Of a DNA stretch of 64,000 bases, positions 1 through 9,595 are shown piece after piece. The first letter of the stretch is position 1, and the number at the start of each line of letters is the position of its first letter. The stretch covers positions 45,615 to 109,614 of the forward strand of contig DALO01000016.1 of the NCBI GenBank assembly GCA_002496805.1, in the 5' to 3' direction. This DNA is from Methanobacterium sp. UBA353 (GTDB lineage: Archaea; Methanobacteriota; Methanobacteria; Methanobacteriales; Methanobacteriaceae). The notes under the pieces were generated by a model. That model saw nothing but the letters and a program-made list of their open reading frames with translations. It made no database searches and was not told the origin of the DNA. Position numbers and translations under genes: made by a program.

Positions 1-774
1 CGGAGCTTTTTGGATAACACCTTCGACCAGCGCTAATAGGGCACCCCCACGTAAATTGTTAGTTTCTACTCGTTCCAAGTCCCGATGTGAAACTTCAACT
101 TGATCTGTGGGTTCACCTGTGACTTCCACAGATATATTCTGGGCTGCTGCACGTACTTCATCAGGTGAAGGAGAATACTGCAGATTTGTCACTTCCGACT
201 CGTAAAGTTCAGCTTCCTCAACGTAACGTTCAATTTCACTTTCAATCGGTTTATAAGGGTTTAAATCCATATTAATCCTTATATAATCTGCAATTAATAC
301 TGCAAGTGCCGATGCAGTCCCCCCCGCACTCCGAATGGGCCCTGTAAAGTATACTGCTAAATACCATGTTTGGTCGAAATTTCTTTTAATTGCAACTCTA
401 TCTATTCCTTCTAATGGTGCAGCCACCACTCCCTCAGTTAGAATGGATAATGCTGTCCGTACAGCCTGATCTGCAGCGGCTTCCATGATTTTATAGTGAT
501 CTTTATTACCAATGTCGGCTTCCAGCACTTTATTCGAGGTAACAATCTCTTTAGCCACATGAAAAGCTACTTCTTCCCGTGACATTTCTTCTTCTAGTTC
601 TTTGATATGTGTTGCTATTCCTGGAGGACCAACTAACCCTTCAACACGTTCTGCAAGGTTTTTTGCCAGTGGAATTTCTGGTTCGGTTTCAATGTCATGG
701 CCTTTCTTCCTAGCTTCCCTGGCTACATTATAAGCCCGTTTAGTTTCCTTTTCTAAGCTTTCAAAGTATCCCAT
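1..774 (-). CDS. polC: DNA polymerase D large subunit DP2, N-terminal part (runs off window start)
   Basis: Not in ORF track. Manual translation from ATG at 774 gives [52 protein letters not shown]..., a typical DP2 N-terminus. Confidence 0.93.
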   Translation of the reverse strand, partial: MGYFESLEKETKRAYNVAREARKKGHDIETEPEIPLAKNLAERVEGLVGPPGIATHIKELEEEMSREEVAFHVAKEIVTSNKVLEADIGNKDHYKIMEAAADQAVRTALSILTEGVVAAPLEGIDRVAIKRNFDQTWYLAVYFTGPIRSAGGTASALAVLIADYIRINMDLNPYKPIESEIERYVEEAELYESEVTNLQYSPSPDEVRAAAQNISVEVTGEPTDQVEVSHRDLERVETNNLRGGALLALVEGVIQKAP

Positions 775-1135
775 AATAATTCCCTAGTATTTTGTTTATG
801 CTAAAACAATTAAACCAACATTAGACTTTTAAACTGTAAAACCCCCAAAATGGATATAGGTGGTGTTTAAAGCCCGTATTTGGTGAACACGACTTATCGT
901 CACTAATAATTATTGGGTTGGAGGTAATTTATACTTTTTCAAAGACTTAAAATTATGAACTTATAGTTAGTTTTATAATCTCAATCTCCAATCATCACCA
1001 CTACAAATATAAGGAGGTAGAAAGTAACATTAATATGGTTAAAAATTTCATGAATACATCTTTAGAGAATTCATTAATGGAATATAATCAAATAGGTTAT
1101 GATATAACATTAATAAAGCTTATATGGTGATTTAA

Positions 1136-1291
1136 TTGGCAAAGAAAGAAAAAAAATACCTCCCACCAAGTGGGGCTGGATTGGTAAGATACTTTGAAGA
1201 AGAAACCAAAGGACCGAAACTCAGCCCAGAACAAGTCGTTATCATGAGCGTTATACTGGCTGTTTTATGCATTGCTCTACAGTTTTCCTGA
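1136..1291 (+). CDS. secG: Preprotein translocase subunit Sec61beta (archaeal SecG)
   Basis: Not in ORF track. TTG start after GGTGA RBS. MAKKEKKYLPPSGAGLVRYFEEETKGPKLSPEQVVIMSVILAVLCIALQFS has the GAGLVRYFEE motif and a C-terminal TM helix; a T-run follows. Confidence 0.93.
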   Translation: MAKKEKKYLPPSGAGLVRYFEEETKGPKLSPEQVVIMSVILAVLCIALQFS

Positions 1292-1444
1292 TTCTAAAAC
1301 CCCCAATTTACTTTTTTTTAACTAAGAATCTTTTGTTTGAAAAACGAATTTAATAATACTATCCAGATTTGAAGTTTTATATTTAATAATAGTATAACTT
1401 CGGAACTATGATCTAATAATTCAATGAAAATAAGGAGTTTGAAC

Positions 1445-2794
1445 ATGGCTATCCACCCCATAGAATTTCGTTACGGAACCCCAGAAATGAAAAAAATCTG
1501 GGATGCAGAAAATAAACTTCAAAAAATGCTGGAAGTTGAGGCTGCCCTTGCAGAAGCCGAAGCCCAGCTGAAATTAATACCCCAAGAAGCTGCAAAAGAA
1601 ATAAAAAATAAAGCAAACACCAAATATGTTACCAAACAAAGGGTGGATGAAATTGAAAGGGAAACCAACCATGACATTGCCTCAATTGTTAAAGCATTGG
1701 CTGAAGTGTGTGAAAAAAATGCTGGAGAATACGTACACTTCGGTGCCACATCTAACGACATCATTGACAGTTCCCAATCCTTATTACTTAAGGAATCCAT
1801 TGAAATAATACAAAAAAAAGTGAAACGTCTGGCTAAGATCGTCCTGAAATTGGCCGATGATCATAAAAAAACGGTTTGCATTGGCAGAACCCATGGACAA
1901 CACGCCCTCCCCACCACTTATGGAATGAAATTCGCAATTTGGGCAGATGAACTGCATAGACAGTATGACCGGTTAGAAGAATGCAAAGGAAGACTTTGCG
2001 TAGGTATGATGACTGGTGCTGTGGGAACCAGTGCCGCTCTGGGTGAAGAAGGATTAAATGTACACCGTAAAGTTTCAGAAGTCCTGGGACTTCCTCCAGT
2101 TCTTATATCCAATCAAGTGGTGCAAAGAGATAACCATGCAGAATATATTATGATTTTAGCCAATTTAGCGAGTACTTTGGATAAAATGGCTCTGGAAATT
2201 CGGAATCTGCAGAGAACAGAAATTCGAGAGTTGGGAGAAAGTTTTGACCCTGAAAAGCAGGTTGGATCCAGCACAATGCCCCATAAGATGAATCCCATAA
2301 CTGCAGAAAGGATTTGTGGTGTTTCGAGGGTAATTAGAGCTTATACTTCACCAGCTCTTCAGAACAATTCATTATGGCATGAAAGAGATCTTACAAACTC
2401 TTCTTCTGAACGGATAATGCTACCAGAGTCATCAATACTCACTGACTACATCCTGAATTTGACCATCAAGCTAATGGAAAAACTGGTTTTTTACCCTGAA
2501 AACATAGAAAAAAATCTCAACCTTACAGGAGGACTAATCATGGCTGAACGTTTCATGGCTGAACTTACCCTAAGAGGCATGGGAAGGCAGACTGCCTACG
2601 CCATGGTAAGGAAGTGTGCTCTGGAGGCAAACAAAGATGGTATCAGCTTAAAAGATGTGATACTGCGACAAACAGAGATAAATAATTATTTAACCCCGGA
2701 TGAGGTGGATGAAATTATGGATCCCCACACATATCTGGGATCTTCTGTTCAGATGGTTGATAATGTTCTAGATGAATCTGAAAGATGGTTTTAA
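1445..2794 (+). CDS. purB: Adenylosuccinate lyase
   Basis: GRTHGQHA and GSSTMPHKMNP fumarase-superfamily signatures. Start moved to ATG 1445 after the AAGGAG RBS. Confidence 0.97.
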   Translation: MAIHPIEFRYGTPEMKKIWDAENKLQKMLEVEAALAEAEAQLKLIPQEAAKEIKNKANTKYVTKQRVDEIERETNHDIASIVKALAEVCEKNAGEYVHFGATSNDIIDSSQSLLLKESIEIIQKKVKRLAKIVLKLADDHKKTVCIGRTHGQHALPTTYGMKFAIWADELHRQYDRLEECKGRLCVGMMTGAVGTSAALGEEGLNVHRKVSEVLGLPPVLISNQVVQRDNHAEYIMILANLASTLDKMALEIRNLQRTEIRELGESFDPEKQVGSSTMPHKMNPITAERICGVSRVIRAYTSPALQNNSLWHERDLTNSSSERIMLPESSILTDYILNLTIKLMEKLVFYPENIEKNLNLTGGLIMAERFMAELTLRGMGRQTAYAMVRKCALEANKDGISLKDVILRQTEINNYLTPDEVDEIMDPHTYLGSSVQMVDNVLDESERWF

Positions 2795-2994
2795 ACTATC
2801 CAATAATAATTACCCTAATTACTAATTCTTTTATTTTCTTCTTTCTAATCATAATATTTGAATAGTTTGTTGACATTTAATCTATTTTTTGCCTCATTTA
2901 CGGATTTAAGTAGATTTTACATGCCTAAAACGAAAAATTAATATATGACCATGAATAAATAACATTACACTGATTGTAAACGGAGGTGAAAAAG

Positions 2995-3879
2995 ATGGTA
3001 GACATAAAAGAGATTAAACATATTAAAACCGCACCGTTCACATTGATGACATCAGCTATACACGCTGTCTTAGCTTTCATTGTGGCCATAATACTTCTGC
3101 TGAGTTTAGGAGTTTTAGCAGCCATACCTGAATTAAGTGCTATTTCAGGAGTTTTATTAACTTTAGGAGTGGCATTGGTTATTTTAATTCCCGTGACTTC
3201 ATTCCTCTATAACATCGTTGGCGCGTTCGTCATTGCATTGTTATACAATGTACTGACACCTAAAGTGGGCGGTATAAAACTGGGAATGGAAGGAGAGGAA
3301 GTTAAATCAATTCCAGTTGTTTCTTATGCCCTAATCCTAGCATGTATAAGTGCAATACTCACATTTATACTCGGGCTGTACGTTGGTCTTGCTGGTACTC
3401 CAGTACTTACCTTATTGAGTATTATCATACCACAAGTTACTGATGCAACTGGATCATTCATGGCCATGTTCGGAGGTATCTGGGCTGTTTTCTGGATCAT
3501 TCTGATGCCCATACTGGTGTTCATATTCTCCTTCATTGGAATGGCACTTTTCGCCCTATTCTACAACGTGCTAATACCCAAAATCGGAGGAATAAAACTC
3601 ATATTTGGTGAAGCAGGAAAGGCCTTTGAACTAACCAACATACCCGCAGTTCCGGCTGCTCTGGCATTAGCAGTAGTGCAAGCCGTTTTTGGGCTCTTGC
3701 AAGGAATATTGTATATGATTCAGTATAGCATGTTAGGAAATGTTGTAGGAGGATTAGTAGTACTAATTGTACAGATCATATCCTCGTTCATCATAACTTT
3801 CATCTTCATTGTCTTGGCAGCAATAATTTACAATTTCTTACAGCCCAAAATCGGTGGAGTCAAACTGGAACTTGAGTAA
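2995..3879 (+). CDS. Uncharacterised polytopic membrane protein with three internal repeats (DUF3566-like units)
   Basis: About six hydrophobic helices. The motif YNxLxPKxGGxKL occurs three times. GGAGGTGA RBS precedes ATG 2995. Confidence 0.8.
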   Translation: MVDIKEIKHIKTAPFTLMTSAIHAVLAFIVAIILLLSLGVLAAIPELSAISGVLLTLGVALVILIPVTSFLYNIVGAFVIALLYNVLTPKVGGIKLGMEGEEVKSIPVVSYALILACISAILTFILGLYVGLAGTPVLTLLSIIIPQVTDATGSFMAMFGGIWAVFWIILMPILVFIFSFIGMALFALFYNVLIPKIGGIKLIFGEAGKAFELTNIPAVPAALALAVVQAVFGLLQGILYMIQYSMLGNVVGGLVVLIVQIISSFIITFIFIVLAAIIYNFLQPKIGGVKLELE

Positions 3880-4057
3880 TTATTCCAAAAAAAATATTTC
3901 CCCCCTTTTCTTTTATTTTTATAAAAAGCTTTTCCATGGTTATTTTTCAAATGAAAATATTCAAAATATCTTTTTTAGCCTAAAAATCTAGAGAAAAATA
4001 TTATAAATAGGATTATCTACAATATTAAATTTTATCATAAATTAGGAGGCAAATGAA

Positions 4058-4960
4058 ATGGAAGAAATTAAAGAAATTAAATCTGTTACCATAGTGCCCT
4101 TCACTTTGATGAATTCAGCAATGTCAGTAATTCTGGGACTTATCTATGCATTGATATTAATACTGGTTCTGGGATTAGTGGCTTTTTTCATACCATCAAC
4201 AGCTAGTACAATCATTGGATTACTGTTAACATCAGTTGTAGCTATTATTCTCGTATTACCAACAGGATTGTTTTTAGTGAATATCATGCATTTTTTCTTA
4301 GTATCATTGATTTACAATTTACTGGTGCCACGATTGGGCGGTATAAAACTGAAATTGGATGATATGGAAGAAATTAAAGTTATCCCAGTAATTCCTCTGT
4401 CTTTGATGGTTTCCGCTGTCAACACTATTTATATTTTGATTTTGATGTTGATAGTGGCTCCAATATTGATGTTGGCTCTGCAAAGTGCTGCTCTTGCAGC
4501 TATTAGTACCACAAGTTCGTTGCCAGAAATTGGGGGCTTCAGTGCCTTAGGAATTATTGGAATTATCATGATGATAATAGGAATCCCCATAATGACCTTC
4601 ATATCGACCTTCATCTACAGCGCTATAATGGCATTACTATACAATTTCTTAACACCTAAAATAGGAGGTATACGGCTCAAATTTAATTCTTTGCAAGGTA
4701 ATCTGTTTGAACTGAAAAAAATCAAGCCTATACCATTAGCCTTGATTTTTGCAGTGGTAACAACCATTTTGAACTTGATAGTATCCATTCCAAACATTAT
4801 AATGTATTTAACCTTAAAAGAACCATTATTTGCAATTGGATTTTTAATCGGAGACATTGTGGGAACTTTCATACTTGTTTTCGTTATATCCGCCATCACA
4901 GCACTTATATACAACTTTTTAAGACCTACAATTGGAGGGATTGAGTTAGAATTGGAATAA
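4058..4960 (+). CDS. Paralogue of the preceding three-repeat membrane protein
   Basis: Same architecture: YNLLVPRLGGIKL, YNFLTPKIGGIRL, YNFLRPTIGGIELELE. AGGAGG RBS. Confidence 0.8.
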   Translation: MEEIKEIKSVTIVPFTLMNSAMSVILGLIYALILILVLGLVAFFIPSTASTIIGLLLTSVVAIILVLPTGLFLVNIMHFFLVSLIYNLLVPRLGGIKLKLDDMEEIKVIPVIPLSLMVSAVNTIYILILMLIVAPILMLALQSAALAAISTTSSLPEIGGFSALGIIGIIMMIIGIPIMTFISTFIYSAIMALLYNFLTPKIGGIRLKFNSLQGNLFELKKIKPIPLALIFAVVTTILNLIVSIPNIIMYLTLKEPLFAIGFLIGDIVGTFILVFVISAITALIYNFLRPTIGGIELELE

Positions 4961-5073
4961 CATTGTTTGGTTAATATTACTTGATTAAACATAATTGAAC
5001 CATTTCTAAGCCCAGATAGGTTTATTTGTAAACCTATCCCCTATTTTATACACGAAAAGAGGAATAGCTTATC

Positions 5074-5484
5074 ATGACCGTTAACATTATTAAGTGCCGT
5101 AAAATTTCTCGTGGTAAAGCCAAAGGTGAAGTAATAGTATCCGACAACCCATTAAGTTTTCTGGGCGGTGTTGACCCTAACACTGGAAACGTTATTGATA
5201 GGGGGCACCAACTCTATCAACAGAATATTAGTGATAAAATACTGGTTATTCCATCTGGTAAAGGTTCTACTGTTGGTTCGTATGTGATCTTTCAGATGGC
5301 AAAAAACAAAACTGCACCCCGGGCAATAATTGCAATGGAAGCAGAGCCAATAATCGCTACTGGAGCCATAATGGCCAGTATCCCCCTGGTTGATCATCCG
5401 GAAGAGGACATTTTTGAGATTTTATCCAATGGTGACCTGGTGGAAGTTGATGCAGATGCCCAAATTATTAAAGTAGAAATTTAA
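5074..5484 (+). CDS. DUF126 / aconitase X swivel-domain protein; probable phosphomevalonate dehydratase small subunit
   Basis: [12 protein letters not shown] and [10 protein letters not shown] motifs typical of DUF126. The archaeal mevalonate-pathway role is from established knowledge. Confidence 0.85.
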   Translation: MTVNIIKCRKISRGKAKGEVIVSDNPLSFLGGVDPNTGNVIDRGHQLYQQNISDKILVIPSGKGSTVGSYVIFQMAKNKTAPRAIIAMEAEPIIATGAIMASIPLVDHPEEDIFEILSNGDLVEVDADAQIIKVEI

Positions 5485-5598
5485 AAATCAGGGGATTTTT
5501 TAGAATTAAAATCCATTTTAATATTTTTAAATCACGTAGAGAATATGCGATTTAAAAAAAAAATAGAAAAAAAGTTTGGACATGATTTCTTCTTTTAA

Positions 5599-5985
5599 TC
5601 ATTTTTCCTTAATTTCAACACCAATAACTCCCCCAACAGCCCCCAATACTCCCCCTACGAGTATTGTAATTGCTGTCACGAAAATCCCTGCAATTAAGGT
5701 TGCTGTACCTGTTATCATGCCAATTTTTGTAAATATTAGTCCTATTATGGCACTTAAAACTCCGAATCCTGCAATGAATATAATTCCAATAATTAAACCA
5801 CCGATAATTCCCGTTAAAGCACCTTCTGCCAGGGCATCTTTTTTTTCCCCGGTTCCAATGTAGGTTGCCAGCATCCCCCCAATTATGGGACCTAAAAAGA
5901 ATAGTGGGAAAAATGTTACCATGAAGACTATGGATAAAACCGCGTTTATAAGGGATCCAACCCCCACTGTTTTCCAGTCAATCAT
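5599..5985 (-). CDS. DUF5518-like Gly-rich small membrane protein
   Basis: [10 protein letters not shown]...GPIIGG...GALTGIIGG...LGAVGGVIG; three to four TM helices. Confidence 0.75.
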   Translation of the reverse strand: MIDWKTVGVGSLINAVLSIVFMVTFFPLFFLGPIIGGMLATYIGTGEKKDALAEGALTGIIGGLIIGIIFIAGFGVLSAIIGLIFTKIGMITGTATLIAGIFVTAITILVGGVLGAVGGVIGVEIKEK

Positions 5986-6352
5986 ATCTACCACTCCTTA
6001 AATCAATACATCATTAAAATTAATATATAACCCATAGTTTATTATCTACTTCATGATATTAATATTGAAAATTATCCTGATCCAAATGAGTTTCTTCTCA
6101 TATTTTCTCATTTTATTTTAAAACAGATAATATCCCCCCAAGGGTTAAAAAGAATACAAAAAATACTGCCCAAAGAAAATACAATATTAATTAGCTAATA
6201 ACAGTTTTTCGATAAATTGATTTTGACTTCCTAAATTCCCCTAATTAATTCATAGTTAATAGTCAATTAATATCAGAAAAGGTTGGATTTGGGAAAATAA
6301 CCTAGCTCACTTAAAATAAATTAACAAAAAAAATGAATAGATTGTTCTTGGT

Positions 6353-6724
6353 TTACACTGGTCCTGGTTCACCTTTTATCAAAGCACCAATTAATCCTCC
6401 AACTGCCATGATAATCAGAACCCCTAACGATCCTAGTATCATGACCAATGAAGTTACTGTAGCAGCTGCGAATCCGATGAAACCAAGGATTAGGGTTCCG
6501 AAAATGAGCAATAATATCGACAAAACTATGGCTCCAAATAAACCTGAAATTGCTCCATTTGCAGCACCGTTACCAGCAGTTCCCCCCACCATGTATCCGA
6601 CTACCATTCCAGCTAATAACCATCCCAATAATGCACCCACTCCAGGAATAATAGCTGCAAAAATAGCTCCCAATACTATGGATAGGATAAACCCAATAAT
6701 AACTGCTCCCCAGTTGATTTCCAT
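6353..6724 (-). CDS. DUF5518-like Gly-rich small membrane protein
   Basis: [11 protein letters not shown]...VGYMVGG...[10 protein letters not shown]...[19 protein letters not shown]. Confidence 0.75.
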   Translation of the reverse strand: MEINWGAVIIGFILSIVLGAIFAAIIPGVGALLGWLLAGMVVGYMVGGTAGNGAANGAISGLFGAIVLSILLLIFGTLILGFIGFAAATVTSLVMILGSLGVLIIMAVGGLIGALIKGEPGPV

Positions 6725-6759
6725 ATTTTTAACCTCCATTAAAAAAAAAAAATTTAATC

Positions 6760-7122
6760 TTACGCTGCTGGTGCATCACCTTTGATTAAGGCTCCTACAG
6801 CACCACAAATTCCACCAATAATTGCATAAATAATTACTGCAATTATTAATGCTACTATGCCTATTCCTACTCCAGCTAATCCTGCTAAAGCTCCACCGAT
6901 AATCATTACTATGATTCCAGCAAGTATCCCTGCAACAACTCCTACGAGTGCTCCATGGATAGCGCCGTTCATATATCCACCAGCAACACTGTAACCAACA
7001 TATGCAGTCGCGATTATATATGCAATTATGCCCCATCCTGGAAGAACCATGTCAATAATTAAACTGAGTATTAATGCAATTACTATACCAATGATAACCG
7101 GCATCCACTTAACTTCTACCAT
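6760..7122 (-). CDS. DUF5518-like Gly-rich small membrane protein
   Basis: [12 protein letters not shown]...VGYSVAGG...[10 protein letters not shown]...[19 protein letters not shown]. Confidence 0.75.
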   Translation of the reverse strand: MVEVKWMPVIIGIVIALILSLIIDMVLPGWGIIAYIIATAYVGYSVAGGYMNGAIHGALVGVVAGILAGIIVMIIGGALAGLAGVGIGIVALIIAVIIYAIIGGICGAVGALIKGDAPAA

Positions 7123-7239
7123 ACTTTTCACCCCCATTAATTTTTTAAATTCACATACTAATTATCTTAATAATGTCCTTAATATTTTTTTCCTTATAAT
7201 TTCACATCTCTGATGAAATAAGAATAAAAATTAATAGTA

Positions 7240-8090
7240 ACAGAGTATCTGATTTGGTGTGAAAATTCAGAGGATATTTAGGTTTGAATTCACACATCGA
7301 TTGTTATTCAAACCTTAATACTAAAAATACAGTTGAATAATTTTTATATGCCAATATAGAATATTAAAAATCTAAAAATTTATCAATAAGAGAATATGAT
7401 ATTTTATAAGACGATAAAAATGAATATCCCATTAAATCCTGATTAAAAAGATCTAATTTTGGACCTTGTTTGGCAAAGTAATTTTAACTTATCGATAGTA
7501 GAACATTCCGGCAGAAACTAGCTCAAAACAGGCTGCAAAGCATGAAAAAATATCAAACTATGCTAAAAATAGTATTACTTGCTTCATATTTTAATTTAGA
7601 AGTGTCACATGGTTATTAGAAGTGAAAAACCGTCAGAAGCTTCGGAAAGTTTTAAACATTGACGACTTCTTAATGTTAAAACAGGGGAGAGAGGTTTATT
7701 CAAAAAAAAATGAACAAAAAATACCTAGAAATAACATTAAATAAACTAGAATTTAAAAAAATAAGGGGCTTTAAAACGGTTTTACTCGATTCAGCACCAT
7801 TACTTATTGATTCAAAATTCAATGAAAGTCCAGAACAATATACAAGGAACTAAAAAAAATGATTATTCGAATTACTTCCAAAATGGGAGGATTTTCACCG
7901 AACCAGATGGAAAATTGAAAAAATATACGAATTTTTCAAAGAAAACTTAGGATTATGCCATATACATGCATATACCAAACGATCAGCCCATAAAAAGCCT
8001 GTTTAAATCTACTTTTACAAAAAATACTAATATCCTCTGACCAAAAAAAATCTACAACTTAGAAAACTTCACCTAAAATAGACACTCTGT
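7240..8090. mobile_element. Degenerate, internally deleted insertion sequence (IS4/IS5-type DDE)
   Basis: Imperfect terminal inverted repeats: left ACAGAGTATCTGATTTGG from 7240; right end reverse complement ACAGAGTGTCTATTTTAG. Both ends are flanked by TA (7238-7239, 8091-8092). Transposase fragments lie inside. Confidence 0.75.
7420..8006 (+). pseudogene. DDE transposase pseudogene (stops, frameshifts, large internal deletion)
   Basis: Fragments in shifting frames: [22 protein letters not shown]...[36 protein letters not shown] (first catalytic Asp region); [31 protein letters not shown] (R-x3-E / YREK-like signature). Confidence 0.75.
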
Positions 8091-8271
8091 TAATATTAAT
8101 AAGAAATTTATCAATGATTGTCGATGACTTCATTATAAAAAGGGATTATTTTCATTATTTGCAATTTATTTATATCCATATACAATGATTCTCAGATAAA
8201 AAAATAACAATTATAACCAACAGATCAATCAATAATTTCAAGTGGGATAAACTGGTTGATGGTGACACATA

Positions 8272-9501
8272 ATGTACTTTCTAATCCATAACGGAAAGCT
8301 CATAGATGGTAATGGTGGAAAACCTGTAAAAGACGGAATAGTACTGATAAAAAATGGGAAAATCGTTGATGTTGGTGATGAAAAATCGGTTGAAGTTCCA
8401 GATGGTGAAATTAAACGTTTAAATGCTCAAAAAGGATTCATATTACCCGGATTCATTGATTGTCACGTGCACATGATGTTTAATGGTTTCCGCTTTGAAA
8501 ACCCGTTGTACACACCACTGTCTCTTTATTTCTATGAAGCTGTTAGAAATTTGGAAAAAACCTTGGAAACAGGAGTCACCACTGTAAGAGATGCTGGAAT
8601 GGCTGATTATGGTGTAAAAATAGCAGTTGAAAAAGGGCTGATAAAAGGCCCCCGTCTCCAGATCAGTGTTATGCCCCTATCCATAACTGGAGGACACTTC
8701 GATTTACAACTCAAATCTGGTAAAACCGTTAAAATCAGCTACCCGGGATTGCCTGAATCAGTCTGCGACGGAACAGAAGAAGTACGAAAAAGAGTTAGAG
8801 AAGTTTTAAGGGCAGGCGCAGAAGTTGTTAAAGTCATGGTAACTGGAGGCGTAATAAGCGCCAATGACAGCCCAGAACATCCCCAATTTACCGAGGAAGA
8901 ATTGAAAATAGTGGTTGAAGAAGCATTTTATCGCAATTTACCAGTTATGGCCCATGCACATGGTTCTTTCGGTATTAAAAATGCTTTGAATGCTGGAATA
9001 AGATCCATTGAACATGGAACATATCTTGATGAAGAATGTATTCAGCTTCTACTGGAAAAGGATGCATGGTTAGTAACTACTCAACTGGCACATTGGAACA
9101 ACTTAGATCTTCTGGAAGCTGGAAAACTTCCTGATTTCAGTGAGGAAGATTCCTATAAAGTGGCCATGAACAGCCATAAGAATATGAAAAAAGCTTACGA
9201 AGCAGGAGTGAAAATTGTAATGGGAACCGATAGTGGAATAGCCCCTCATGGCCAGAATTTACGTGAATTGGAATTTTTATGTAATATAGGGATGACACCA
9301 ATGGAGGCAATTCAGGCAGGCACTAAAAAGGCAGCAGAACTACTGGGAATGGAAGATAAAATAGGAACCCTGGAAAAAGGAAAACTAGCTGACGTAGTTG
9401 TAAGTAAAACAAATCCACTAGATGATATCAAATCTCTGGGCAATCCTGAAAACATAATTATGGTAATGAAGGAAGGGCAAATTTATAAAAACATCGGATA
9501 A
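8272..9501 (+). CDS. Metal-dependent amidohydrolase (COG1228, prolidase/carboxypeptidase-like)
   Basis: PGFIDCHVH, GVTTVRDAG, VKVM (carbamylated Lys), AHAHG, SIEHG, GTDSG, GKLAD. Confidence 0.9.
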   Translation: MYFLIHNGKLIDGNGGKPVKDGIVLIKNGKIVDVGDEKSVEVPDGEIKRLNAQKGFILPGFIDCHVHMMFNGFRFENPLYTPLSLYFYEAVRNLEKTLETGVTTVRDAGMADYGVKIAVEKGLIKGPRLQISVMPLSITGGHFDLQLKSGKTVKISYPGLPESVCDGTEEVRKRVREVLRAGAEVVKVMVTGGVISANDSPEHPQFTEEELKIVVEEAFYRNLPVMAHAHGSFGIKNALNAGIRSIEHGTYLDEECIQLLLEKDAWLVTTQLAHWNNLDLLEAGKLPDFSEEDSYKVAMNSHKNMKKAYEAGVKIVMGTDSGIAPHGQNLRELEFLCNIGMTPMEAIQAGTKKAAELLGMEDKIGTLEKGKLADVVVSKTNPLDDIKSLGNPENIIMVMKEGQIYKNIG

Positions 9502-9595
9502 TCTGCATAATATAATAATTAAGGCAGCATAAACAAATTATTAAAATATATAATTCAAACAAATAAAAATTAACAATTACAGGCAGGATAATATA

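Noticed and set aside
841..1020. Partial inverted repeats (GGTGGTG/CACCAC, TTGGAG/CTCCAA) between polC and secG
   Set aside because: Short and widely spaced with no coherent stem; compatible with chance in a divergent promoter region.
6113..6190. Hydrophobic 25-codon fragment resembling a DUF5518 C-terminus
   Set aside because: No start codon or RBS, and T-rich DNA often translates as hydrophobic. Mentioned only as a possibility and not called as a feature.
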